Source: Bacteroidia bacterium (GTDB lineage: Bacteria; Bacteroidota; Bacteroidia; SXHM01). From it: DNA of 64,000 nucleotides. The stretch is from assembly GCA_022072225.1 (NCBI GenBank), contig JAJVIC010000002.1, forward strand, positions 469,086-533,085, given 5' to 3'. This document shows positions 10,401 through 18,824 of this stretch, one piece after another (position 1 is the stretch's first letter; each line of letters starts with the position of its first letter). The notes below the pieces were generated by a model. That model was not told where the DNA came from. It ran no database searches and was given only the letters and a program-made list of their open reading frames with translations. Position numbers and translations under genes: made by a program.

Positions 10401-11875
10401 CACATTTCAGTTTGAAAGATTACACCATTGCCGCAGAAGATGTTAAGAAAATTGATGTGGCAGATGCCGAAATATATCCTGACGGAGGCGATGTGTTAAT
10501 ACTTAAACACGCACGCATGCAAACGTTGGAAAGTGCAAAGATTATGGCAAACCGTACTACGCAGTATCATCATTTTTACGATGCAACCATTGATATTACA
10601 TCGCGAAAAAGTTATAAAGGCAAGGCTACTTACGATTATGTTGACGTAGCCGGTCAGAAACGAGCCATTAAATTGGATCCTTTGACAGTTGACTCAGCTT
10701 ATCAAACTTATGGACGCGGAGAAATTAAAGAAGAAGAAAACTTTACGCTAAGCCCCAATTTTAAATATAAGGGAACTGCTGAGTTGTATGCCAGCAAACC
10801 AAATTTGCGCTATACTGGCAGTACACGTATTGTTCATAATTGCGAAGGAATTGGTTCAAGCTGGTTAAAATTTGATGCTGAAATTGATCCGAAAGAGATT
10901 TTTATTCCGATTGAGAAAAATCCCCGTGATGCAACCGGTAAAGAAGTTTCTACCGGAATTGCCTTACAGAAAGACTCAACCAGAATTTATCCAACTTTCC
11001 TTTCGCCTAAAATTAATGCAGGCGACATAGATGTGGTAACAGCAGAAGGCTATCTGGCTTTTGATAATGCAACGAAAGAATACCGTATTTCAAATAAGGA
11101 AAAACTAAGAGGGTCAACTGTTCCGGGTAATTACATCAGCCTGAGTGAAAATTGCATTGCCACAGGCCAGGGCAAACTTGATTTGGGTTTAAAGCTTGGA
11201 CAGGTTGAGTTAACTCCGGTAGGTTATGTTTACCATAACATGAATAACGATTCGACCAAGTTTGATATTTATTTGGGAGTGAATTTCTTTTTCAATGAGG
11301 AGAGTATGCGGATAATGACCGAAAGGCTAGCAACATTCTTCCCGCCTTTAGATGCGGTATATTATGGCAATAACTACGAAAAGGCGCTTTATGAAATAAT
11401 GGGCAAGGAAAAAGGCGATAAGAAACTTGCAGAAATGAATCTTTATGGTTCATTCAAGAAATTTCCGGAAGAGCTTGGTATGACTTTGTTTCTCACAGAT
11501 GTGAAATTAGTTTGGAATCAGAACACCAGTTCATATCGTTATAAAGGCTACTTCGGAGTTGCCAGCGCCAATAAGGTGGAACTGAATAAAATGATGTATG
11601 GTATGATTGAGTTAACTAAAAAGCGCAGCGGAGATAAACTAAATATTTACCTCGAGCCCGGTGAAGATACCTGGTATTTCTTTGAATATTCCAAAGGACT
11701 GATGGGTGCAATATCTTCGGATCCTAATTTTAATAATCCAATAAAAGATACCAAGCCGGAAGCCCGACAGGCGAAAGAAAAGGAAGGAGGGACACCATAT
11801 CAGTACACTATTTCATCTGAGATTAAGAGAAGAAATTTTGTAAAATCATTTGAAGGGGCTGGTGCAGACGAATAG
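7415..11875 (+). CDS. very large secreted hypothetical protein (1486 aa)
   Basis: N-terminal signal peptide (…VQVASAQ). No recognised catalytic motif. Uninterrupted ORF with normal composition. Confidence 0.7.
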   Translation: MIQLKFKHFALTLFTLLVVQVASAQTPKQFTHDKVKFLAEMQAFLESSNEKETKEFFKIFTPVWESTSLSDAQRERIYTFCETLLKKRKKASDFNLYLQAIMNFVKYQQPAGNFDPWMLSLEKTIEKEARGGFSKYLEISAGLFKDNTLYESRAVRWAADNNNYVFSFDSIPVISFSALTLACHTKGDSSVILNTKGNYYPTEEVFKGEKGRVTWQRAGLDPAKCYAEFGDFKIDVTKSQYNIDSVTFNNPDYFKEPLFGQLTDKVKANVDEDNATYPRFDSYLVNLQIKDLQKNVDYEGGFSMHGSKFIGSGNKQNDAMLTFRWTNPDTKVEYKLIKAKAKNFVIKKDRIMSEKASVTLYWEKDSLFHPGLELKFNIEDRELALIRNEQGMGKTPFFDTYHKVDLYIEGVYWKIDDPVIGMKMISGGAESKALFESANFWDDFRYTKIQGLDDVNPLIKIKKYSEMRGTKTLNASDIAGYFKISDSEMRGTLMRLSTMGFLIYNTETDVVTIKDRLYDYINAKSRKTDYDVIQFNSVISKYDNASINLLNFDVKIRGVAQIFLSDSQDVFIFPREQEVILQKNRDFTFDGKVVSGRFDIFGKEFAFNYDEFKIDMKKIDSLRMKVPEGEPDEFGKVKLVPVRTVLQDLEGEVLIDHPNNKSGLEDFPKYPVFNSKRESFVYYDKKSIQRGAYDKERFYFKLEPFSVDSLDNFTKEGLAFDGEFMSAGIFPDMKETLKLQPDFSLGFVKETPPEGYEVYGGKGKYNATISLSNQGLKGDGTLDYLTSTSKSNEFIFYPDSTNAIAQDFVLREQAGGVQYPPASGKDVAIHWEPKNEHFYVSKINTPLDMYASQSVLHGRLDLTPTGLTGNGKMEFVQSELESEKFVYQFQDFRADTSNFKLKGSDAASLAFSTNNVNAHINFKERWGEFKSNGQGSFVDFPENQYICYIDQFKWFMDQEDIQITAGTDAKSMEMGGSKFISVHPAQDSLQFVAPSAHFSLKDYTIAAEDVKKIDVADAEIYPDGGDVLILKHARMQTLESAKIMANRTTQYHHFYDATIDITSRKSYKGKATYDYVDVAGQKRAIKLDPLTVDSAYQTYGRGEIKEEENFTLSPNFKYKGTAELYASKPNLRYTGSTRIVHNCEGIGSSWLKFDAEIDPKEIFIPIEKNPRDATGKEVSTGIALQKDSTRIYPTFLSPKINAGDIDVVTAEGYLAFDNATKEYRISNKEKLRGSTVPGNYISLSENCIATGQGKLDLGLKLGQVELTPVGYVYHNMNNDSTKFDIYLGVNFFFNEESMRIMTERLATFFPPLDAVYYGNNYEKALYEIMGKEKGDKKLAEMNLYGSFKKFPEELGMTLFLTDVKLVWNQNTSSYRYKGYFGVASANKVELNKMMYGMIELTKKRSGDKLNIYLEPGEDTWYFFEYSKGLMGAISSDPNFNNPIKDTKPEARQAKEKEGGTPYQYTISSEIKRRNFVKSFEGAGADE

Positions 11876-11897
11876 TTGTTCTTTGAAGTATAAATAC

Positions 11898-11905
11898 TAT
11901 ATTTG
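11898..11905 (+). promoter_or_regulatory. Bacteroidetes-type -7 box (TAnnTTTG) upstream of tRNA-Arg
   Basis: TATATTTG lies 24 bp upstream of the tRNA 5' end. A TTG at 11874-11876 sits at a suitable -33 spacing. Confidence 0.35.
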
Positions 11906-11928
11906 CAACCCTTTTGAAAAAAAGCAAG

Positions 11929-12002
11929 GCACCCGTAGCTCAACTGGATAGAGCATTTGACTACGGATCAGAAGGTTTGGGGTTCGAATCCCTACGGGTG
12001 CA
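11929..12002 (+). tRNA. tRNA-Arg (anticodon ACG)
   Basis: Hand-folded cloverleaf: acceptor GCACCCG/CGGGTGC, D-arm GCTC..GAGC, anticodon stem TTTGA/TCAGA with loop CTACGGA (ACG), T-arm TGGGG-TTCGAAT-CCCTA, discriminator A. CCA not encoded. Confidence 0.85.
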
Positions 12003-12009
12003 CAAAAAA

Positions 12010-12040
12010 GGATTTGATTGATTTCAAATCCTTTTTTTAT
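12010..12040 (+). terminator. rho-independent terminator after tRNA-Arg
   Basis: GGATTTGA-ttgatt-TCAAATCC hairpin followed by a T7 tract. Confidence 0.6.
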
Positions 12041-12069
12041 TTCTATTTTAACCGCTCAAAATAAAGGAA

Positions 12070-13437
12070 ATGAATAAAAAGAATTTGCTTGTTTTATCGG
12101 TTGTATTCATCACATTAGCTGGTGCGCTTTCCTTTGCTGCAGTTGAAGGATGGATAGGTTTTCCTCCGGTTGCATTAGCAGTATTTCGCTGGCTGGCACT
12201 TTCTACGCTTATCTATTATGCTTTTATAAGAAAATCATTGACTACAACCATTCTTATCAGCATGGTAATAGGAGTGGAAGTGGGTATTGATTTTCCGGAA
12301 TTTTCACAAAACCTGAAAGTACTCTCTCAAATTTTTCTCCGCCTCATTAAAACCATTATTGCTCCATTACTTTTTGCAACATTGGTATACGGTATTGCAG
12401 GACACAGCAACTTAAAGCAGGTAGGGCGCATGGGTTGGAAAAGCATTTTATATTTTGAAGTGGTTACTACCATTGCTCTCTTTATAGGGCTTGCAGCAAT
12501 CAATATCACCAAAGCAGGTGCAGGAATCCAATTGCCTCCGGTTACCGATACAGATAAACTTCCAGTGCATAAGCAAACCATTACGGATATTATTCTGCAT
12601 ATTTTCCCTGAAAACATTGCTAAAAGCATTTACGATGGTGCCGTACTGGAAATTGTAGTGTTCAGCATTCTGTTCGGAATTGCAACGGCCATGATTGGCG
12701 AAAAGCACCGCAAACCGATTGTGAATTTTGTGGAAGCATTGAGCGAAGTGATGTTTAAATTCACCAATATCATTATGATGTTTGCGCCCATTGCCGTTGG
12801 CGCTGCCATTGCCTATACAGTGGGGCATATGGGCTTGGGAATTCTGGTAAACCTGATGAAGTTATTGCTTACGCTTTATGCAGCACTTGCATTTTTCCTT
12901 GTGTTTGTATTGCTTCCTGTGGCATTGCTTTTTAAAGTTCCGATCAGAGAATTTATTAATTCCATTATTGAACCTGTATCTATTGCCTTTGCAACCACAT
13001 CATCGGAATCGGCTTTGCCCAAGGCAATGAAAGCGATGGAGAATATTGGTGTTCCGCGTAAAATAGTAGCGTTTGTAATGCCGATGGGCTACAGCTTTAA
13101 CCTGGACGGAACCACGCTTTACCTTGCACTTGCTTCTGTGTTTGTAGCGCAGGCTGCCGGTATTGAACTTTCGCTCTCTACACAGTTGATTATGGTGTTC
13201 ACGCTTATGCTTACCAGCAAAGGCGTAGCGGGAGTTCCCCGCGCATCCTTAGTAATTTTGCTTGGCACATTAGCCTCTTTTGATTTGCCGGTTGAGCCCG
13301 TCTTTATCATTCTTGCTATTGACGAATTAATGGACATGGCGCGCACTTCCGTAAACGTAATTGGTAATTGCCTTGCTACCGTAGTGATTGCAAAATGGGA
13401 AGGTGAGTTTAAAAAGCCGGAAGAAATTCAGCAATGA
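12070..13437 (+). CDS. dicarboxylate/amino acid:cation symporter (DAACS/GltP family)
   Basis: 455 aa, multi-TM. Conserved SSESALP-like and LDGTTLYLALASVFVAQ motifs of the sodium:dicarboxylate symporter family. Confidence 0.85.
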   Translation: MNKKNLLVLSVVFITLAGALSFAAVEGWIGFPPVALAVFRWLALSTLIYYAFIRKSLTTTILISMVIGVEVGIDFPEFSQNLKVLSQIFLRLIKTIIAPLLFATLVYGIAGHSNLKQVGRMGWKSILYFEVVTTIALFIGLAAINITKAGAGIQLPPVTDTDKLPVHKQTITDIILHIFPENIAKSIYDGAVLEIVVFSILFGIATAMIGEKHRKPIVNFVEALSEVMFKFTNIIMMFAPIAVGAAIAYTVGHMGLGILVNLMKLLLTLYAALAFFLVFVLLPVALLFKVPIREFINSIIEPVSIAFATTSSESALPKAMKAMENIGVPRKIVAFVMPMGYSFNLDGTTLYLALASVFVAQAAGIELSLSTQLIMVFTLMLTSKGVAGVPRASLVILLGTLASFDLPVEPVFIILAIDELMDMARTSVNVIGNCLATVVIAKWEGEFKKPEEIQQ

Positions 13438-13844
13438 AATCTTTGATTATGTTTCGCGGTCTTCCCGGAAGCGGAAAATCTACGCTTGCAAAAGTTTTAA
13501 GTGAAGGTAAATACCCTGTTTTTTCTGTTGATGATTATTTCACCAATCCCAAAACAGGCGAATACAAATTTGAATTTTCTGAAAACCACCTTGCTTATAA
13601 ACACTGCGAAGAACGCACGAAAAACGAAATGCAAACAGGCACAGAGAAAATATTTCTTGATAACTGTTTTACATTGGATTGGGAAATGGAGCCCTACTTT
13701 AAAATGGCTGCTGAGTTTAACTATACTGTATTTGTAGCCACTGTTGAAAACCGTCATGGCAGCGGAAATATTCATAATGTCAGCAATGAACAGTTGAAGA
13801 AAATGGCTGAAAAGTACAGGGTTAATTTGCTCGGTAATAAGTGA
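13434..13844 (+). CDS. small P-loop kinase (AAA_33/zeta-toxin-like predicted kinase fold)
   Basis: 136 aa. Walker A FRGLPGSGKSTLAK. ATGA start/stop overlap with the upstream symporter gene. Confidence 0.7.
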   Translation: MKSLIMFRGLPGSGKSTLAKVLSEGKYPVFSVDDYFTNPKTGEYKFEFSENHLAYKHCEERTKNEMQTGTEKIFLDNCFTLDWEMEPYFKMAAEFNYTVFVATVENRHGSGNIHNVSNEQLKKMAEKYRVNLLGNK

Positions 13845-13848
13845 ACAG

Positions 13849-13918
13849 CCGGTAATCGGTAATCAGTTCAAAAAAAATCGGTAACCGGAAAAACCGATTA
13901 CCGATTACTGATTACCTT
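13849..13918. terminator. bidirectional hairpin built from inverted GGTAATC heptamer repeats
   Basis: ccGGTAATCGGTAATCag…aaaaaaaa…ccGATTACCGATTACTGATTACC between convergent genes. T-run on the + side, A-run in the loop. Confidence 0.5.
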
Positions 13919-13919
13919 T

Positions 13920-14750
13920 TTAGTGCAACTGAATAATATGTTCGTGCCCGTTTACAGTAACGGTAGCCTGATTGTCGCAACTGCCATCGCCAAAATCAAT
14001 GTATCGTGTGGGGCGGTTGGCAGGAACTACTTCTGCAGTTCCGCTTACAAACTGGTGGCAGGCTACAGTTCTGCGCAACGCGCTGGTGATTGTTGCGGTA
14101 AATGAACCACCTTCGGAGTTGGTTCCGCTGGCATTTCCGGTAACAAGGTATTCATCATCGCTCCATTGCGGTGTGCTTTCACCTTCAATCCATTCGCGTT
14201 CACGGCTCGAAACATAAGTAATGGTTCCTTCATCGTTTGCACGGATAATGCTTCCATCTACTTCAATAGAGTAGTAGAGATTTCCATTGTCGTTATAACC
14301 GTTGTTAGTAACTGTTTTTGTTCCGAGAACCTGATTGTCGTTCACAAAATAATTATCGAAGGTAATGGTGTGAACATGTCCGGGCTCGCGGTATGGTCCT
14401 GTGTAAGTAACAATGATAGTTCCTCTGCGTTGGCGCCCGTCATTGCAGGTACAGTTTACATCGCCAAAATCAATAGTCAGTACACGCGGGTCAGAAAGTG
14501 TATCGTTTGTAATAGTGGCGCAATTACTCAGGATGCCATCCGAGTTTTCTGCTTTGTATGAACTCATATTTCCGCTTGCAGCTTCATCGGCAATGGATTG
14601 CGCATCGCTGAAATTTACTTCTGCCAGCGCATTGTCTTCGGCAGAGCGCATGTTATCATCTAGATTTTCTCTTTTGCACGAAGTGAAAAGAAACGCTGTT
14701 GCCACAAAAAGCATAATTGAAGCAATCAGTTTTTGATTTATTGTTTTCAT
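13920..14750 (-). CDS. hypothetical lipoprotein
   Basis: 276 aa. Signal peptide with lipobox LFTSC. Asn/Thr/Gly-rich beta-type sequence. Confidence 0.6.
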   Translation of the reverse strand: MKTINQKLIASIMLFVATAFLFTSCKRENLDDNMRSAEDNALAEVNFSDAQSIADEAASGNMSSYKAENSDGILSNCATITNDTLSDPRVLTIDFGDVNCTCNDGRQRRGTIIVTYTGPYREPGHVHTITFDNYFVNDNQVLGTKTVTNNGYNDNGNLYYSIEVDGSIIRANDEGTITYVSSREREWIEGESTPQWSDDEYLVTGNASGTNSEGGSFTATITSALRRTVACHQFVSGTAEVVPANRPTRYIDFGDGSCDNQATVTVNGHEHIIQLH

Positions 14751-14867
14751 GTTTTTGATTTTTTTAATGGATTAATGATGCATCTCTGACTGCCTACGTA
14801 ACAGATGGTTTAATTATCGTTTAAAATTTTTAACAAGTCGTTAACACGGCAAATTCAATTCAATAGC

Positions 14868-14875
14868 TACCTTTG
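14868..14875 (+). promoter_or_regulatory. candidate -7 box TACCTTTG
   Basis: Matches TAnnTTTG, 44 bp upstream of the DUF1573 gene start. Confidence 0.3.
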
Positions 14876-14918
14876 ACGCAACAAACAGGAACAATAACCC
14901 TAAACAATAAATTACAAA

Positions 14919-15392
14919 ATGAAAAAATCAATCCTTTCAATCGCAATGTTTGTAGGAGCGCTTTCTTTTGCGAATGCGCAAGTAACAACGCCAAACCCTG
15001 CACCAACAACAAAAATCACGTTCGATAAAATGGAACATGATTACGGAACAATTATGCAGGATCCTGACAGCGGACCATCAGGAGATTGTGTTTTCAAATT
15101 CACAAATTCAGGAACTCAGCCCTTAATTCTTACATCAGCTACCGGTTCTTGCGGTTGCACAGTGCCAAAAGCTCCATTGAACCAACCATTTGGTCCCGGA
15201 GAAAGCGGTGATATTAAAGTACACTACGATGTTAAACGTATCGGCCCTTTCACTAAAACGGTTACTATTAAATCTAACGGAAGCGCAGAAGATATCAAAC
15301 TTACTATCAAAGGTAAAGTTGAGCCACTGCCAGCTGACGAAGGTGTTCCTGTTAACAAAGCTGTTGAAGGAGCTACTCCAACCAACAACTAA
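14919..15392 (+). CDS. DUF1573 domain-containing secreted protein
   Basis: 157 aa. Signal peptide. Hallmark TGSCGCT motif and beta-sandwich-like sequence. Confidence 0.8.
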   Translation: MKKSILSIAMFVGALSFANAQVTTPNPAPTTKITFDKMEHDYGTIMQDPDSGPSGDCVFKFTNSGTQPLILTSATGSCGCTVPKAPLNQPFGPGESGDIKVHYDVKRIGPFTKTVTIKSNGSAEDIKLTIKGKVEPLPADEGVPVNKAVEGATPTNN

Positions 15393-15418
15393 TTTATATC
15401 ATACATATAATAATAAAA

Positions 15419-15447
15419 ATCCCGACTTTTGTCGGGATTTTTATTTT
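15419..15447 (+). terminator. rho-independent terminator
   Basis: ATCCCGAC-tttt-GTCGGGAT hairpin followed by TTTTATTTT. Confidence 0.7.
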
Positions 15448-15461
15448 AAAACAAGTACCAG

Positions 15462-16679
15462 ATGCCAACTATTTCCAATAAGGGCAAAGCAATGCCCGAA
15501 TCGCCCATTCGTAAATTAGTTCCTTACTCAGAAGCAGCCAAAAAGAAAGGACGAAAAGTGTATCACCTTAATATTGGTCAGCCCGATATTAAAACGCCTG
15601 AACTTGCGATTGAAAAAATTAAATCACTTGATTTAAAAGTTTTGGAGTACAGCCACTCGGCAGGAAATGAAAGCTATCGCAGAAAGTTGTCGGACTACTA
15701 CAAAGGAATTGGTATTGATGCCGCCTTTGATGAAATGCTCATTACCACAGGTGGTTCAGAAGCCATTTCGTTTGCGCTGATGACTTGTCTTAATCCGGGT
15801 GATGAAATAATTACCACCGAACCGTTTTATGCGAATTATTTAGGTTTTGCTACAGCAGCAGGAGCTGTGATAAAAGCTGTTACCTCAAAAATTGAAACAG
15901 GTTTTGCCCTGCCTCCGGTTGAAGAATTTGAAAAAGCTATCACATCCAAAACAAAAGCTATTCTTATCTGCAATCCTAATAACCCGACAGGTTATTTGTA
16001 TTCAGAAACTGAGTTGAATGCCTTGCGTGATATTGTAAAGAAACACGATCTCTATCTTTTTTCAGATGAAGTTTACCGTGAGTTTTGTTATGACGGTAAA
16101 AAGCATTTTTCGGCTATGAACCTGAAAGGTATTGAGCAGAATGTTATTCTGATTGATTCTATTTCTAAACGTTACAGTGCCTGCGGAGCGAGGATTGGCG
16201 TAATGATTTCAAAGAATAAAGAAGTAATGACTACTGCATTGAAATTTGCGCAGGCCCGTTTAAGTCCGCCATCACTGGGGCAAATTTTGGGCGAAGCCTC
16301 GTTGGAAACGCCACATGAATATTTTGACGAAGTAATTGCTGAATATGTGCAACGCAGAGATTTGGTAGTAAGTGAAATCAATAAAATGCCGGGCGCTTTC
16401 TGCCCCAAACCAACAGGTGCATTTTATGCAATTGCCCGCTTGCCTATTGATAACTCAGATACCTTCTGCCGCTGGCTGCTGGAAGATTTTCATTATAAAA
16501 ACCAAACCGTTATGCTGGCGCCTGCAACCGGTTTTTATGCTTCAAAACTGGGACTGGATGAAGTACGAATTGGTTATGTATTAAATCTGCATGACCTTTC
16601 CGCAGCTATGAAATGCCTGAGCGAAGCATTGAAAGTTTATCCCGGAAAAACAGTAAAGGTAAAGGAGCTGGCAGGTTAA
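15462..16679 (+). CDS. pyridoxal-phosphate-dependent aminotransferase (class I; aspartate/aromatic type)
   Basis: 405 aa. SKRYSACGARIG PLP-lysine region and an NPNNPTG-like motif. Confidence 0.9.
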   Translation: MPTISNKGKAMPESPIRKLVPYSEAAKKKGRKVYHLNIGQPDIKTPELAIEKIKSLDLKVLEYSHSAGNESYRRKLSDYYKGIGIDAAFDEMLITTGGSEAISFALMTCLNPGDEIITTEPFYANYLGFATAAGAVIKAVTSKIETGFALPPVEEFEKAITSKTKAILICNPNNPTGYLYSETELNALRDIVKKHDLYLFSDEVYREFCYDGKKHFSAMNLKGIEQNVILIDSISKRYSACGARIGVMISKNKEVMTTALKFAQARLSPPSLGQILGEASLETPHEYFDEVIAEYVQRRDLVVSEINKMPGAFCPKPTGAFYAIARLPIDNSDTFCRWLLEDFHYKNQTVMLAPATGFYASKLGLDEVRIGYVLNLHDLSAAMKCLSEALKVYPGKTVKVKELAG

Positions 16680-17842
16680 ATGTCCGCCAGCTTTTTAGGA
16701 TACTTTCTGAAATACCAGATACCGAAACTACCCAAGCCAATCATTACTACAGATAAGAATTGTGCCTGTGTAAATTCATATCCAAATACATGATATTTGG
16801 TGTTGATGCGAATACTTTCAATTATAAGACGCTCAATAGAAATAAGTATTAAGTAGATGCTGAAAAGCATTCCAGGAGTGTTTATTTTTTTGCGGATGCT
16901 CCACAAAATCCCGAAAATTAAAAACGACATGAGCATTTCGTAAATTGGAGTAGGGTAAGCGTAACCGGAAATGCTTTCAAGACCCATAGAGGCAAAATCT
17001 TTTTTAAGGTCAAGGTGCAATACATTATTCGGATAGTTGTAAGACCATAACCAGTCAGGAGCCCAGCTTAGCCAATCAGGTTTTGGATTGTCGTTAGGAA
17101 GTCCCCAATCGCCATCTCCTGCTACCTGACAGCCGATACGGCCAATGCCGTAAGCAAGTATAAGTCCGGGAGCAGTAGCATCACAAATGGCAAGCAGTTT
17201 TATTTTATTTTTTCTCGCATAACGTATAACAAAATAGGCAGCCACAATAAGTCCACCGTAAAAACTTAAACCGCTGAATGAGATTATAGCATCAAGCGGG
17301 TCAGCCATAAACTCGTTCATATTTTCCAGGTTGTGGAATAGTTTTGCTCCTAGTATTCCTGCTATGGCAGCAATTATGGTAATAGTGCCGATGTGTTGAT
17401 GCGGATAAACGGTTTCTTCCACCTGTTCGGGTTTGTCAAGGCGTTGCTGTTTGTCTTCCCAGAATTTTAAGGCACCTGCCAATACAGCGCCAATTACAGC
17501 TCCCAGCGCACTTCCTTCGAGTGAAAGAAAATAGTCCTGCGGATTTTTTACAACCTCACTAAACTGCGTAAGCATGGGCACAAACTTGTAGCCCAGTACC
17601 AAACCGATTGCAACAGAGGATATGTATTCCGAAGCAGGAAACGGTCGTCCTTTCCAGTATTTGCGGATTTGTATTTCGCCCATCACGCCCAACTTTTCTT
17701 TGCGTTTCATTTCAAGGGTAAGTGTCCATGCTGCGCCCAGAAAGGCCATGGCCACACAGAACCCGAACATCTGTACAATTTTTAAAAACGGAAGGCTGAT
17801 GCCAAAAAGGTCGAGGAAAAGGTCGTAGAGGGTAGGGTACAT
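16676..17842 (-). CDS. lgt: prolipoprotein diacylglyceryl transferase
   Basis: 388 aa. N-terminal MYPTLYDLFLDLFGISLP, an Lgt signature G-rich motif region (VAGDGDWG), multi-TM. Confidence 0.85.
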   Translation of the reverse strand: MYPTLYDLFLDLFGISLPFLKIVQMFGFCVAMAFLGAAWTLTLEMKRKEKLGVMGEIQIRKYWKGRPFPASEYISSVAIGLVLGYKFVPMLTQFSEVVKNPQDYFLSLEGSALGAVIGAVLAGALKFWEDKQQRLDKPEQVEETVYPHQHIGTITIIAAIAGILGAKLFHNLENMNEFMADPLDAIISFSGLSFYGGLIVAAYFVIRYARKNKIKLLAICDATAPGLILAYGIGRIGCQVAGDGDWGLPNDNPKPDWLSWAPDWLWSYNYPNNVLHLDLKKDFASMGLESISGYAYPTPIYEMLMSFLIFGILWSIRKKINTPGMLFSIYLILISIERLIIESIRINTKYHVFGYEFTQAQFLSVVMIGLGSFGIWYFRKYPKKLADI

Positions 17843-17849
17843 TTCTTTA

Positions 17850-17900
17850 GTTAGAAGGTGAGAAAGTTAGAAAGTGAGAATGTTAGAGGGTTAGAAAGGT
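17850..17900. repeat. degenerate 9-10 bp tandem repeat (GTTAGAAAG / GTGAGAAAG, about 5 units)
   Basis: agttagaaggtgagaaagttagaaagtgagaatgttagagggttagaaagg, directly upstream of the lgt start. Confidence 0.5.
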
Positions 17901-17902
17901 TT

Positions 17903-17980
17903 GTCGCTTCGAGCGTAGTCGAGAAGTTTTAGTCATTTAGTTCATTAATAATTGCCTCTCGACTACGCTCGAGGTGACAC
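17903..17980. repeat. REP-like palindromic unit: two inverted copies of a roughly 24-bp repeat (GTC[A/G]CTTCGAGCGTAGTCGAGAAG) separated by 30 bp
   Basis: gtcgcttcgagcgtagtcgagaag at 17903-17926 and its inverse ctctcgactacgctcgaggtgacac at 17957-17980. Lies between the thyA stop and the lgt start. Confidence 0.65.
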
Positions 17981-18774
17981 TACACCGCAACAGCAGCTTT
18001 TATATGTGGATGCGGGTCGTAATTTTCAAGCGTAAAATCTTCAATCTTAAATCCGAAAATATCTTTTACTGCCGGATTTATTTTCATTGTTGGCAGCGCA
18101 CGGAAATCACGGCTCAGTTGCAGTTTGGTTTGTTCTATATGGTTAGAGTATAAATGTGCATCACCAAAGGTATGCACAAAATCACCGGGCTTTAAGTCAC
18201 ATACCTGTGCTACCATCATCGTCAGCAAAGCATACGATGCAATGTTAAACGGAACACCAAGAAAAATATCGGCACTGCGCTGATACAACTGGCAACTCAA
18301 TTTTCCATCGGCTACATAAAACTGGAACATGGTGTGGCACGGAGGTAAGGCCATCTTATCCACATCGGCAGGATTCCATGCACTAACGATCAGTCTGCGC
18401 GAATCAGGGTTCTTTTTTATCATCGCAATCAGGTTGCTGATCTGGTCAATTACTCTTCCGTCAGGAGCCTGCCAGCTGCGCCACTGGTAGCCATAAACGG
18501 GTCCAAGGTTTCCGTTCTCATCGGCCCATTCATCCCAGATAGAAACGTTGTTATCTTTCAGGTATTTGATGTTGGTATCGCCTTGCAGAAACCACAACAG
18601 TTCATGAATGATGGAACGAACGTGCAGTTTTTTGGTAGTCAATAAAGGAAAGCCTTCTTCTAAATTAAAACGCATCTGGTAGCCAAACACACTTTGTGTT
18701 CCGGTTCCGGTGCGGTCTTCTTTTTTTGTGCCGTTTTCAAGCACATGGCGCATTAAATCGTGGTACTGTTTCAT
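17980..18774 (-). CDS. thyA: thymidylate synthase
   Basis: 264 aa. [16 protein letters not shown] and ALPPCH catalytic-Cys motif. Confidence 0.95.
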   Translation of the reverse strand: MKQYHDLMRHVLENGTKKEDRTGTGTQSVFGYQMRFNLEEGFPLLTTKKLHVRSIIHELLWFLQGDTNIKYLKDNNVSIWDEWADENGNLGPVYGYQWRSWQAPDGRVIDQISNLIAMIKKNPDSRRLIVSAWNPADVDKMALPPCHTMFQFYVADGKLSCQLYQRSADIFLGVPFNIASYALLTMMVAQVCDLKPGDFVHTFGDAHLYSNHIEQTKLQLSRDFRALPTMKINPAVKDIFGFKIEDFTLENYDPHPHIKAAVAV

Positions 18775-18795
18775 TCTTTTATTGTCTTTTTAAAA

Positions 18796-18821
18796 CTTCT
18801 CGACTACGCTCGAAGTGACAC
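18796..18821. repeat. REP-like repeat copy (inverse orientation)
   Basis: cttctcgactacgctcgaagtgacac is the reverse complement of GTGTCACTTCGAGCGTAGTCGAGAAG. Sits in the 50-bp thyA-SDR spacer. Confidence 0.65.
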
Positions 18822-18824
18822 TTT

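Noticed and set aside
12327-12828. Minus-strand ORFs (100 and 126 aa) inside the symporter gene, plus similar short antisense ORFs within tpiA, lgt, SDR, mnmE, mnmA and helicase genes
   Set aside because: Fully nested in strongly supported genes on the opposite strand. No independent signals.
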